From contig CBDBLX010000002.1 in assembly GCA_965207445.1 (NCBI GenBank), positions 1,559,849-1,623,848 on the forward strand: a stretch of DNA of 64,000 nucleotides. Reading direction: 5' to 3'. This DNA comes from Nitrosopumilus sp. Lineage in GTDB: Archaea > Thermoproteota > Nitrososphaeria > Nitrososphaerales > Nitrosopumilaceae. Under the pieces are notes generated by a model. That model was given only the letters and a program-made list of their open reading frames with translations, searched no databases and was not told where the DNA came from. This document shows, piece after piece, positions 21,511 to 32,287 of this stretch. The position numbers and the translations under genes are program-made. Position 1 is the first letter of the stretch, and every line of letters begins with the position of its first letter.

Positions 21511-21943
21511 GATGTTGTTACCCTCCAGAGTCTTAAAAAGATTGTCTGCGTTGCATGTGTCTTTGTGTACAAAAGCAGGCTATAAACTGCATCAACTCTC
21601 GAAAGGATTGATGCAATCTTTTGTTGCTCTAATAAAGAAGGAGTTGGAACTCGTATAATGCCAAGGTTTGTTTTTGATAGCCCGTAAACAGAAATCCCGG
21701 TAACATATGATATGATCTGGATTTTTACTAGCCTGGATGACGTGATGTAGGCCCTGAAATTCGAATCTGTAATGCCACTGCTGTCTCGTAACGCTATTGT
21801 GTGCAACCCAGAAACAATCTGCTTATCATCTATGTTTTTTATTAAAATGCTGGCACCAGAGCCCTCATGATCTTCTGACGCATCCGCAATTATTAGGTCT
21901 CCGTTCTTCAACACAGATGCTTTTTGAACTTTGTCATGATTAA
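21507..21943 (-). pseudogene. hsdS: Type I restriction-modification specificity subunit fragment, 5' cut at an IS5 end
   Basis: LKNGDLIIA..SED...VSGLHTIALR...GISVYGLSKTNL..IRVPTPSLLEQQKIASILSRVD. Confidence 0.8.
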
Positions 21944-23635
21944 GAGGTTGGTGCGTAATTGACATTTGGCCTGCCTGTGACCCGTCTGTGAACTTGGTTT
22001 ATTGCACATTCAATCTACAAAAGACTGGAATCTATCTATAGTGCGTTTCGTTTTTGAATATGCATGTGTGTTGTTTTGGCAAACATGGATTATAGAACAT
22101 GAAACGTGCAAGTGTGATAGCAGTCACTATCATTTGTATGATGGAATCTTTTGCCCTTTTTCATGAGCGCAGATAAATCTGTTCAGGGCGTTGATATTCC
22201 ATGCAATCGATAATATTTTACCAAACCGCTTTCTGTTTTCGGCCAGACGCATACGACAGTGTAGCCTATGATTCTTTGTCTCTTCTACTGCTCCAAATAT
22301 TGCCTCGATAAGTGCGCGTTGTTTGTATGTATCTTTGTCAAAGATCTCCGCTGCTTTTTTTCTGCTTGGTGGTTTGCCACGGTTTGTATGACCTGCGCCA
22401 TCTGTGTGATTGCGCTGCTTGATGTTCGGTTTCATGTTTGCATTGAATATTATCTCACAGTTTTGATCCGAGTCATATCCCTTGTCTCCGTTGAATAAGC
22501 GTTCTTCAATACGTGTATAGTTTTTTGTGAGAAAGCTGACCATATATGGAAGCATTGACGTGTCACTCACATTGCTTGGAGTTGTGTATGATGCAAGTAT
22601 GATCTGGTGTCCGGTTATCGAAGTAATGTGATATTTTAGGTACGTCTTGACGCGTGTCGGCTCAAAGTCTTGTAGTACATGATTAGGTCTTTCTTGTTTT
22701 TCGTACCTGTCAATCTCTATACCACACTACTGTCTATCCCAATTGGAGCTGTAGGTTCTTGTTTTACGTCTTGTTTACCGCCCTCAAAATCCTTATACCC
22801 GTGCGTAAGTATGGTCTCTTTACCTTTTATCGGTACCGGATCTGTCCCCGATTTTTTAAAGTTCATTTAGACACATATTGGCAGTATATCCAAAATAGAA
22901 TCAAGCCAGTCGAGATCAATTGTTTGCATATGTTTTGGTTACCCAACTAATCAGGCACCGGCTCGTCAACCCATTCATCATACATATGTCCAAGCTCATT
23001 TACCACGTCACGAAAAGGAATATTTTTTGCAACTTTAAAAAGACACAAAAAATCCATCTTGTCACGCGAGTGTACTGGCTTGCATCCTACTCTATTTGTC
23101 TTCTTTTCCTTGCACGGGTGTGGGTTTTTTCGTATCGCCGACAACCATGTCTTGCGCATAAAATCCTGCTCAGATTTGCGTGCCTGTTCGTAATACAGCC
23201 AGTAACCTTTGCGTCGCTTGTGCTGCTGCTCTGTCACTATACGGTCTGCATCCTTGATTTGTTCTTATTTGAAACCCACACACTAAATTTACACAAACAA
23301 CAAGCAGACGTCACATTCATCACAAACCATGCATTGTAATGGGTGTCATTCTCTGTGTAGTATAGCATGTTGTGGCAGCCCACCATATGTCGTCGTTCCA
23401 CCACACTTCACAAACGATACGTTGATAACATTGGCTAGTCAACGTTGTTTAGCATCCCCTTTGGTGGTATCACAATTATTCAATTGGGATGCCCCTATAA
23501 GTAACTTTTGGTATGCGCGCAGATACTTCTATATATAAGCTTATTAAATATATGTACATAAAACTCTGGTGATATTTGCAGATGGCTTTGCAAGTACGAT
23601 GCAGGTGGCGATTTGATGAATTACGCACCAACCAC
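21944..23635 (-). mobile_element. IS5-family element, copy 1; transposase frameshifted, no target duplication
   Basis: TIR G(A/T)GGTTGGTGCGTAATT; close inverted homologue of 36655-38326; transposase split over 22130-22570, 22947-23237 and further pieces. Confidence 0.9.
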
Positions 23636-23703
23636 TCACAATCATCACACTTTAAAAAGAAAATAAAAGAACTAGTTAATTATGACAACATCATAGCACA
23701 GAT

Positions 23704-24090
23704 ATGGGTATGTATGCAGCACTTGTCTGTACAATCATAGGTGCAATTGCAGTCATGGCAGTCATATTTGGAATGGATGTATTGAAGATGAGTGTATCAA
23801 CTGAAAAGTACTCGGTATTTGTGGATCCCATAATAGACAAACAAAGTCTCTTTGTAGTCGGACGCGTAACGGTCCAGAATACAGGCTCAGAACCACTCAC
23901 AAATGTGCGCGTTAACTTTGGAAATGAAAAAGTACAAGAGATACCCATTATCAAACAAGGTCAAAAAATAATCCTCACACCACCTGAAAATAACTCCATG
24001 CAATTTGTAACGATCAGTGCAGATAATGGAATATATCAATCAAAGGCATACAGAGAACTACCAAAGATGGTCGGAATGATGGGCTCATAA
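23704..24090 (+). CDS. Membrane-anchored hypothetical protein with an Ig-like domain
   Basis: N-terminal TM segment; VTVQNTGSEPLTNV. Confidence 0.8.
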   Translation: MGMYAALVCTIIGAIAVMAVIFGMDVLKMSVSTEKYSVFVDPIIDKQSLFVVGRVTVQNTGSEPLTNVRVNFGNEKVQEIPIIKQGQKIILTPPENNSMQFVTISADNGIYQSKAYRELPKMVGMMGS

Positions 24091-24246
24091 CAACTCAGAG
24101 AAAAATAACGACAACCATACGCATAGACAACCATACGCATAGACAACTATTAAAACAAAAGACATTAAAAAATAATTATAAAAATAACACACCAACTGAA
24201 CAACCTCAAATACAACTTCATATATCAACAGAAAATAACCAAACGT

Positions 24247-24687
24247 ATGGACAACTGCAAATCAGCAGAGCAGAATATTGAAAAAGACACAAATGTGCAC
24301 GATAAAAAGTCAACATATACAGAGACGACTCACTATCAAGCATTTTATCAAGATATACAAGAACTAGTTCAAAAGTACAAGAGTAAAGGAACATATCTAA
24401 AAATAAAGCACGATGATGAAAACAACATTATACGCATTACAAGTGAGCAATCCACACCAAAATCAAGGGCAATAAACGGCCTTGAGGACATCATTGAACT
24501 AGCACAAGCAACAGCAGAACATCATCCATATTGGGGACTCTTATCAAACTCAGCAGAGATAGTAAACACAACACTAGACAAATGGAACGATACGATGACA
24601 GACAAGGATATAGAAGACATCAAATGGTACGTTCAAAAAATAGAATACATTGTAAACAACAATATTGCAATAGAGAAAAACAATTAG
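24247..24687 (+). CDS. Hypothetical protein
   Basis: 146-aa ORF containing AEHHPYW. Confidence 0.75.
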   Translation: MDNCKSAEQNIEKDTNVHDKKSTYTETTHYQAFYQDIQELVQKYKSKGTYLKIKHDDENNIIRITSEQSTPKSRAINGLEDIIELAQATAEHHPYWGLLSNSAEIVNTTLDKWNDTMTDKDIEDIKWYVQKIEYIVNNNIAIEKNN

Positions 24688-25155
24688 ACAACATGAATCG
24701 TGTAAACTAAAAATGTGCAGATGTAAAAATTAGGCAAACAAGTAAGAGATGTAAATCACATATCATAGTCAACCTGCAAGTATCTTTCACTACAAGTGAC
24801 ATACGTGTAAGTTTATTAAAAATGATCATAATAATTTTATAATAAATTAAACATGTAAAACGTGTTTTTGTATAAATTATATATATTGACTCTACAAATA
24901 TATCATAAATGATTTCATAATAAAATAGTTGCAGTTTTTGGCCACAGTGATTATATAATTTGTAAAGTATCATTTAACTATATAATATCACATAGTAAAA
25001 TAACATATTTAAAAAACATTAACTAGTGCACGATCTTTTTATTATAAGCTCATAATAAATAGAATATAGATAATTATATTGACACTATAGAGATATATTG
25101 AATTTATGTAGAAAATCTGAAAAATAATTAAAAAGGATAAGGTCGTAACTATACC

Positions 25156-26067
25156 ATGCAAAAGAAGATAGAAGATATATCAGAACAGTGCTCTGGATGT
25201 GGAAACATGCAGATCATAGCAGATGACATTACAGGTGAACTCTTTTGTAACAAGTGCGGCCTAGTCTTAAGTGACAGACAGGTAGATGAGGGAGCAGAAT
25301 GGCGCTCGTTTTCAAATGAAGAGCAGAGTAGAGCGCGCACAGGTGCAGGTACAACACTGACTATGCACGACATGGGGCTCTCCACCGTAATAGGTGCAAT
25401 AAACAAAGACTCTACTGGAAAACCACTTGCAGCAGGTGTAAAGAGTTCAATTGACCGACTACGTACATGGGACAATAGGACACAAGCAAAAAATTCCACA
25501 GACAAGAACCTAAGACAGGCGCTAAACGAGATGAATAAACTAAAAGATAAACTAGCGCTAAGTGAGGCAGTCATTACAAATGCAGCATACATATATCGCA
25601 AGGCCATGGAGAAAAAGCTTGTAAAAGGGCGTACAATACACGGCCTAGTAGCAGCATGCATGTATGCAGCATGTCGCAATGCAGAGACACCTAGAACACT
25701 TGATGACATTGCAGAAGAGATGAATATACGGCGCAAAGATGTTGCAAGGTGTTATCGGTTAATATTCCGAGAGCTCGACCTCAAGATGCCAGTGGTAGAC
25801 CCAGTAAAGGGCATATCACGAATTGCAAGCATTGTAGGACTGAGTGAAAAGACACAAAGAATTGCAGCTCGTACGCTAGCAAAAGCAAAAAAGAAAGGAA
25901 TAGCAGCAGGCAAAGATCCAATGGGTCTTGCAGCAGCAGCGTTATACCTTGCATGTGTCAATAATGGAGAGTCCAAGACACAAAAGGACATATCAGTGGC
26001 ATCAGGTGTCACAGAGGTCACTGTACGAAATAGATGTGCAGGGCTTCGAGCACTAGTTGAAGAATAG
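25156..26067 (+). CDS. tfb: Transcription initiation factor IIB
   Basis: Zn ribbon CxxC...CxxCG, EWRSF, HDMGLST, two cyclin repeats, GVTEVTVRNR. Confidence 0.97.
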   Translation: MQKKIEDISEQCSGCGNMQIIADDITGELFCNKCGLVLSDRQVDEGAEWRSFSNEEQSRARTGAGTTLTMHDMGLSTVIGAINKDSTGKPLAAGVKSSIDRLRTWDNRTQAKNSTDKNLRQALNEMNKLKDKLALSEAVITNAAYIYRKAMEKKLVKGRTIHGLVAACMYAACRNAETPRTLDDIAEEMNIRRKDVARCYRLIFRELDLKMPVVDPVKGISRIASIVGLSEKTQRIAARTLAKAKKKGIAAGKDPMGLAAAALYLACVNNGESKTQKDISVASGVTEVTVRNRCAGLRALVEE

Positions 26068-26169
26068 GGTTCTATACCTATTCTTTTATTTTATTTTATT
26101 TTATTTACCAAATATAATGTATACTAATATAAATATATTATAAACATATTATGAACATCGCTATATGAG

Positions 26170-26480
26170 TGTCACTATATGGCCTCTTGCCTATTCAAAT
26201 CTTCGAAGAAAGTCAGTGTTCATTCGATTTTGGAATTTAATGTCGCTTCCTTTTTCAAATGTGCCCTGATCAGAATATGTGGGTTTTCAAGTTAGGCCCC
26301 CATTCTTTTTAACTCAGCCACCTTTCTTTTTGCTTCTGCAAGCAGTGTGACTAACTTGTGATCATATGTGAATGCCGATGGTAGCATCCGAGGAACAAAT
26401 GTTGTATCCTCATTTGAGATATCCTCAAATTTGTCATTTGGTTTGATGAACTCATCTAAATTACTCCATGGGAATTTGTT
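26170..26480 (-). pseudogene. Fic-family protein N-terminal remnant
   Basis: FVPRMLP...LVTLLAEA...ELKRMG, then after a frame change LENPHILIRAHLKKEATLNSKIE* (Fic_N-like); catalytic HPFxxGNGR part absent. Confidence 0.65.
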
Positions 26481-26483
26481 ATA

Positions 26484-26565
26484 GTAACCGTTCAACCCCC
26501 GGTACCTGCGCCAGACAGTAGGCGGTGAATTTGTGCCTAAATTTGGAAATGGGTTGAACGGTTAC
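26484..26565. mobile_element. MITE family 1 copy
   Basis: 82 bp with perfect 15-bp TIRs GTAACCGTTCAACCC. Confidence 0.92.
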
Positions 26566-26681
26566 TGTGTCATACTCTGATGATTTTAAATGACGTTAAA
26601 AAGTATCCATCTGCTTTAATCGTAGCAACAGTATACTCAAGTCTTGTTTACGTATTGGTGCAAATTATTTAAAACATAAAA

Positions 26682-27275
26682 TCATCTAAGGATGATCTGG
26701 TTTTCCAAACGCAATAACTGTGATTCTAACTTGTCAGGTTCTGCCCCATACGATACCAAAACACGGTCATTTTCCATTGGTTCATAATCTCGCAAATCAT
26801 CCATAGGTTCACCATTTACATAAAATACCAAATTGTACGTATCATCTGTACAAAATGACCTACTATCTGGAAATATAAAACAATTTTCATCAATTTGTAT
26901 TCCAAGTGTCTCAAATAGATATCCCAGCGTCACACCTGTAGCATGTTTGTGTATAGTAGAGCCATCCCGCCCTTCAAAATGAATCCAGTTTGATTTTAAT
27001 TGATATGAAGGAGATGAAAAGTCAAATCTGTCGTTAAATATCTCAACTAGTATTGCAGTGTGATCGTGTGCGCTTCCAAGTGCACCAGCATTAGGAGGCC
27101 CACCAGGTGCTGTGCCAGGCATCTCCAAATAAAGTAGTATCGCATAACCAAGAATTGAGCCAATTACTGCCAACACACCAATTGCAATCAACAAATGTTT
27201 TCTTTTCTCAGAGGATTGTTTTGATGCATAACTCTGACGTTTTTGTTCACGTTCTCGTCTCTCTTTACGGCCCAT
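26682..27275 (-). CDS. Thaumarchaeal membrane-anchored hypothetical protein
   Basis: Basic N-terminus, one TM segment, HDH...IHFE...IHKHA motifs. Confidence 0.8.
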   Translation of the reverse strand: MGRKERREREQKRQSYASKQSSEKRKHLLIAIGVLAVIGSILGYAILLYLEMPGTAPGGPPNAGALGSAHDHTAILVEIFNDRFDFSSPSYQLKSNWIHFEGRDGSTIHKHATGVTLGYLFETLGIQIDENCFIFPDSRSFCTDDTYNLVFYVNGEPMDDLRDYEPMENDRVLVSYGAEPDKLESQLLRLENQIILR

Positions 27276-27621
27276 TAATAATCACAGCCTCATATGACCT
27301 TAATTAAGGATTTGGTACTTTGACATGATTGTGATTTTGTGTGCCTAAAGACCCATCAATGCCACTGCACAGATTCTAATTGTGATTTTGTAGAATATTA
27401 GAACCAATCATACCTCTGATAAACTCATTTGAATAGGTAAATTAAAAAAAATGACCCACGGTTTTTTGTCTAATTTTTGGAAAAGACTGTGTGTTTACTA
27501 CCGTGTATTATTTTACTCACTGTCAAAATTTAGCAATACATACCCAAATAGTTGCATATCAAGAGTTTACAAGAGAGTCAATAAAACAAACATTATTAAA
27601 AAAAATATTGCACAAGTGTGT

Positions 27622-28047
27622 ATGAAGTGTGTGTTCTGTGAGATTGTGCACGGTTCAAGTAATGCACACATAATATACGAAGACAAACTACACATGGCGT
27701 TTCTTGACAAGTATCCCATCAGCAAGGGGCACTGTCTGATAATCCCAAAACAACATTACAAAAAGATAACGGATATGAAAGACACAAATGTAGGAAAGTT
27801 ATTCTCGATCGTCCCACACGTGGCAAAAGCAGTATTAAATGCAACAAGAGCAGATGGATTCAATCTTGGGCAAAACAACGGCAAGGCTGCACGGCAGATA
27901 GTACCCCATGTACACATACACATCATACCACGATACAAAAAACATGATGTAATATGGACAAAGCGTGAAATGGTCAAAGATGAAGACTTGGGAAAACTAG
28001 CAAACAAGATAAGAAAAAAGATGTCTGTTAATACCGCATTCAAATGA
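27622..28047 (+). CDS. HIT-family nucleotide hydrolase
   Basis: MKCVFCEI...FLDKYP..GH.LIIPK.H...QIVPHVHIHIIPR. Confidence 0.95.
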   Translation: MKCVFCEIVHGSSNAHIIYEDKLHMAFLDKYPISKGHCLIIPKQHYKKITDMKDTNVGKLFSIVPHVAKAVLNATRADGFNLGQNNGKAARQIVPHVHIHIIPRYKKHDVIWTKREMVKDEDLGKLANKIRKKMSVNTAFK

Positions 28048-28239
28048 TAATTACAAGTAATGTATCATTAATAATATAATAATAATAATAAACATAATAA
28101 TAAACATAATAATAAACACAATAATATAATAATAATTATAATAGTAATATAATAGTAATATAATAGTAATATACATACTATTCAATATAACAGCGTAAAA
28201 TTAGAATTTTAATAGTTATAATTTTAACATGTAATAACG

Positions 28240-29520
28240 CTACTTTGCATGTCCAGGATTATACCGAAGTATTGCACCAACTTTGCCAAGACTTGCAAGC
28301 ATATTCCCATGCTCAGCAGTACCAGATACAACCTCAATATCAGATCCAGTTTTAGTTGCAATCAATCCCAGATAATCTATCACATCCTGAACAACAACAT
28401 CAATATCGTGAGCATCACAAGACGGACAAGGGTTACTCAAAAAAGCAGTCTTTGTTGGGACTACATCAGTAATGTTTACTATATTTTCTTGTTCATTTGC
28501 ACAACGCTTGCAAGTTGCAACGACTCTGTGTAAGGCAGTATCATCAGTAATTATTACAGTCTTGACAGTGCGGTTCTTGAGATGTTCTATGACTTCTGAT
28601 AGTCCGTATGAGCCCAACCCACTACGTGCATTTATCTCCCTGAACAGATTATCAACTAGTTTTTTTTCTTCTACCATACGAAAACCTGCCAAAATGTCAT
28701 CAGAGCGTGCAAAGGCCTCTCGGATTCCCTCTGCACCAGAGTATGAAGAATCAATGGTTGCAAGTATCATGTTTTGAAGTCTGTACTCCAAGTATCCACC
28801 GTTTACAAATTCTTCTTTTGTAGGTCCGGGTCCGGATACAATCAACCCCTTTATTTGATATGTATCAATAAAAAATTCACGAGTTGTATTGCCAACCCTA
28901 TTAAAAAAGTATGTCAGTTCCATCTCACGTAATTTTTGAAATCGCTTTGCAGACTGCCCTCCCTGTCTATGCTTTCCTGCAACACCAGAACCCGTTTGGC
29001 TCAACACCTCCACCTTACTGCCTTGCAGTAACCCCCAACCAGCATCTTTAGAGTCAATTGCTAAAAATCCTATCATATTATCGTCTTTGAGCATATCCTT
29101 TAGCAGATCAACGTGAAAATGATTATCGCATCTATACAGATACTGATTCAGATCCTTTGGAGGATCAATCTCCCAAATTTTTATCACCTCGCTTCCAAGT
29201 GGTCCACCACCATCAGGCGGAAGCGCACCACAAAATACTGCCAATCCTCGCTCAGGAGTCTTTTTGTATAGTTTGAGTCTCTGCACTACCTTTTTGAGCG
29301 AATCAACAACATGTGTTCTTGTTGTATCGGATTTTATATTCTCAGCAGTTCCTTGTTCTTGTTGCAAGGTGTTTATCACTTCATGAAGTTGCTTGCTCTT
29401 TGGAATATACACAGATACGAGTTCAGTCCCTCTACCAACCTTGTGAGATAGTTCATCAAGTGCGCGTCGGATTCGGTACATCTTTACAGAATCCTGTTTT
29501 TCGACGTTTATCTTTTTCAT
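28240..29520 (-). CDS. prf1: Archaeal peptide chain release factor aRF1
   Basis: GRGTELVSVYIP, NIKS, YRCD, GKHRQGGQSAKRF and GAILRY motifs. Confidence 0.97.
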   Translation of the reverse strand: MKKINVEKQDSVKMYRIRRALDELSHKVGRGTELVSVYIPKSKQLHEVINTLQQEQGTAENIKSDTTRTHVVDSLKKVVQRLKLYKKTPERGLAVFCGALPPDGGGPLGSEVIKIWEIDPPKDLNQYLYRCDNHFHVDLLKDMLKDDNMIGFLAIDSKDAGWGLLQGSKVEVLSQTGSGVAGKHRQGGQSAKRFQKLREMELTYFFNRVGNTTREFFIDTYQIKGLIVSGPGPTKEEFVNGGYLEYRLQNMILATIDSSYSGAEGIREAFARSDDILAGFRMVEEKKLVDNLFREINARSGLGSYGLSEVIEHLKNRTVKTVIITDDTALHRVVATCKRCANEQENIVNITDVVPTKTAFLSNPCPSCDAHDIDVVVQDVIDYLGLIATKTGSDIEVVSGTAEHGNMLASLGKVGAILRYNPGHAK

Positions 29521-29557
29521 GATCAAAGTATACACTATGTATATAATAAATCTCAGG

Positions 29558-30265
29558 TTAGATCAAAAGACGATCAATTGCGTTGACAAACACATCAAGT
29601 GGTTGGTTTCCACGTATCTTAATTACATGTGTATCATTGAATATCATAAATGAGGGAGTTGCATCAATTCCAATGTTTTGTCCCGACTCATATGCATCCT
29701 CAACATACAAGACATATCTTTGTTCATCAACACACTGTGCAAATTCAGATTTGTTAAGATTTATCTGATCAGCAAAGTCATATATCGCATCATCTGTTAT
29801 CCAACCAGTATTCTCACCACCCCAGTTCTCGTACAATATATTATGGTATTCCCAATATTTTAATTGATCTTTTGCACAATGAGAAGCAGATGCTGCTAAT
29901 ACAGAGTCAGGTCCGTTGAGTGGAAAGTCTTGAAATACAAGACGCACCTTGTTTGTATCGATATAGTGTGATTTAATATAATCTAATGTGTCATTGTGAA
30001 ATAAAAAGCAAAACGTGCATTGATAGTCACCCCACTCTACAATCGTGACGGGTGCATCAGATTCACCTAAAAATGGAGAGCCACCTTTGATCAAAGAAGA
30101 TGCATAAAGTAGAGTAGTTGAGCTAGAATCGACAAGTTTGATGTGTGTGTATGTTTGGGATGTTTGAGCAATATTATTATCACTATAGTAAGATGCCAAA
30201 AACAATCCTGCAGTAATACCAACTATAACAGGTATCACAAAAAATACCAAACCATTGTACATCAC
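29558..30265 (-). CDS. DsbA-family thiol-disulfide oxidoreductase
   Basis: N-terminal TM; APVTIVEWGDYQCTFC; GIDATPSF. Confidence 0.92.
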   Translation of the reverse strand: MMYNGLVFFVIPVIVGITAGLFLASYYSDNNIAQTSQTYTHIKLVDSSSTTLLYASSLIKGGSPFLGESDAPVTIVEWGDYQCTFCFLFHNDTLDYIKSHYIDTNKVRLVFQDFPLNGPDSVLAASASHCAKDQLKYWEYHNILYENWGGENTGWITDDAIYDFADQINLNKSEFAQCVDEQRYVLYVEDAYESGQNIGIDATPSFMIFNDTHVIKIRGNQPLDVFVNAIDRLLI

Positions 30266-30451
30266 AGATATAAAAAATATGCTTGAAATAACTGTTTGTT
30301 GAACTTGATTTTATATTTAAATTGGTTATCCTATGATAACATCCCAAGTCCGTCAGATGACGATCCGAGAGTTTCTTCAATTTTACACCCAGGTTGTGTA
30401 GTGAGTCGTTTATGGCTTACGCTAAGGTGTGAATTTCCAATACGTTTGGTT

Positions 30452-30533
30452 GTAACCGTTCAACCCCCGGTACCTGCGCCAGACGTTAGGCAGTGAATTT
30501 GTGCCTAAATTTGGGAAGGGGTTGAACGGTTAC
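30452..30533. mobile_element. MITE family 1 copy
   Basis: 82 bp, TIR GTAACCGTTCAACCCC. Confidence 0.92.
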
Positions 30534-30588
30534 GGCCACTCCCAAATTATATATAATCCACATCACCTTAATATCTTTGAAAGATATT

Positions 30589-31413
30589 ATGGTTGCACAA
30601 AATATAACACTGGGCCCACAGGAGACCAAACTCCTCTTCACGCTGGAGGAGAACGGATCAAGCACCTTTGGTATGGATGATGTTACGAGTATACTGGGAT
30701 CAGGGGCGGCGGCCAGCAGGCAGGTGGCCAGCAGGCTGACGCAAAAGGGGCGGATTCGCAGAATTGAGCGGGGCAGGTACATGCTTGTGCCATCGCGCGC
30801 AGGCGTTTTGGGACACTGGGCAGAAGAACCATGGGCAGTTGTTCCGCGCCTGTTTGATGAATACTATGTCGGGTTCCTAACCGCCATGAACTATTGGGGA
30901 ATGACAGAACAGATTCCACATACGGTCTTTGTTGCAACGCCAAAAAGGAGAAAGAACAGGCGGCTGGAGTTTGGAAACCAGCAGTACGAGTTCATCACAC
31001 TTGCCAGGAAAAAATTCTTTGGGTTTGTCACGGAAATAGCATGGAATACAAGTTTCAACATATCAAGCAGGGAAAAGACAATAGTCGACGGACTGACCCA
31101 TCCCGAATACTGCGGCGGGATTCCAGAGGTGGCAAAGGCGATGTGGAATGTGCGCAGTGAGGTATGCTGGAGCGATGTCACAAGGGCCGCAGAACGGACA
31201 AAGATCGGTGTGGTGATGCAGAGACTCGGATACCTGCTATCTGTCATGGGTCTTGAAAGCCACGTATCAGAGTCAATAACTGCAAGGGTGGACAGCTGTC
31301 CGCAACAGTATCTGGATCCATGCGTGCCAAAAAAAAGGATCGAATCAAGCGCCAAGTACAGGCTGACAGTCAACAGGAGCAGAGAGGAGCTGCTCGGGTG
31401 GATGGATCACTGA
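30589..31413 (+). CDS. Type IV toxin-antitoxin AbiEi-family antitoxin / transcriptional regulator
   Basis: RLTQKGRIRRIERGRY, YYVGFLTAMNYWGMTEQIP, ISSREKTIVD, QRLGYLL; visibly GC-richer than host genes. Confidence 0.88.
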   Translation: MVAQNITLGPQETKLLFTLEENGSSTFGMDDVTSILGSGAAASRQVASRLTQKGRIRRIERGRYMLVPSRAGVLGHWAEEPWAVVPRLFDEYYVGFLTAMNYWGMTEQIPHTVFVATPKRRKNRRLEFGNQQYEFITLARKKFFGFVTEIAWNTSFNISSREKTIVDGLTHPEYCGGIPEVAKAMWNVRSEVCWSDVTRAAERTKIGVVMQRLGYLLSVMGLESHVSESITARVDSCPQQYLDPCVPKKRIESSAKYRLTVNRSREELLGWMDH

Positions 31414-31530
31414 TGGAAGAAAATCAACTGTGTAGCATGGCAGACAGGCAGGGAATCTCCATGTGGATGCTAGAAAAAGATCATGCGCTGACATGCCTGC
31501 TTTCTGTAATTTCCAACTTTCCCAAGATCG
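31413..31530 (+). pseudogene. AbiEii nucleotidyltransferase toxin, first ~39 codons only, cut by a MITE3
   Basis: TGATG overlap with the abiEi stop; MLEKDHALTCLLSVI matches the AbiEii N-terminal EKD motif. Confidence 0.75.
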
Positions 31531-31679
31531 GTGTGAACCAATCTCCATGACTTATATGATCATTTAAAAATAACTCCTAGCCAAATATATCGCATGCACG
31601 ATGCTCAATATGCAAACAAGAATGTGACCAAATACAAGTATATGATTTCATTATTACGTTCAAAGAGCGTGGTTCACAC
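31531..31679. mobile_element. MITE family 3 copy
   Basis: GTGTGAACCAA...TGGTTCACAC, 149 bp. Confidence 0.9.
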
Positions 31680-31747
31680 AATTTACGAATTATGTAACAC
31701 GCTAACGCATGGATACAATTTTTATTAATCAATATTGCACAAGATGT

Positions 31748-32269
31748 ATGTCATTACAACAACTTCCCAGTGCCAATCATATAGCAGATTTCATGTTAGC
31801 CATGGCTAAATTAGACTATAATATGGATATTGACCAGTTACAACTTAACAAATTATGCTACCTTGTAAACGGCTTTACACTAAAAGAACAAGACACACCT
31901 GCATTTTATAATGACGTTGAAGCTTGGCGGTATGGGCCCGTAATACCCGAAGTGTATGCAACATACAAGCATTATGGTGAGATACCAATAACACACTTGG
32001 ATATGTGCAGAACATCTCTGAAAGATAAAAATAGAGTATTGCAGCGTTATACTGAACTTGTACAGATAATCGGTGAGTTTGTTGCATCTATAATAAGTGG
32101 TGTAATAAAAGAGTATGGAAAATACAATGGAAATCAATTGGTTTCAATAACGCACGGCAATGACACCCCTTGGAAAAGAGTATACAAATCAGGGCGTAAC
32201 AATATCATACATACAAGCATAATCAAAGACTTTTACAGGAGATTACAGCCAGATGATGCCGGGCGGTAA
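31748..32269 (+). CDS. Panacea-domain (DUF4065 / SocA-like) antitoxin
   Basis: ANHIADF...LQLNKLCY...EAWRYGPVIPEVY...LVSITH...PW. Confidence 0.88.
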   Translation: MSLQQLPSANHIADFMLAMAKLDYNMDIDQLQLNKLCYLVNGFTLKEQDTPAFYNDVEAWRYGPVIPEVYATYKHYGEIPITHLDMCRTSLKDKNRVLQRYTELVQIIGEFVASIISGVIKEYGKYNGNQLVSITHGNDTPWKRVYKSGRNNIIHTSIIKDFYRRLQPDDAGR

Positions 32270-32287
32270 CGATGATAATGTAAAGGA

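Noticed and set aside
28050..28235. AT-only tandem repeats between the HIT gene and prf1
   Set aside because: Simple slippage repeats in a convergent gap; no evidence of function.
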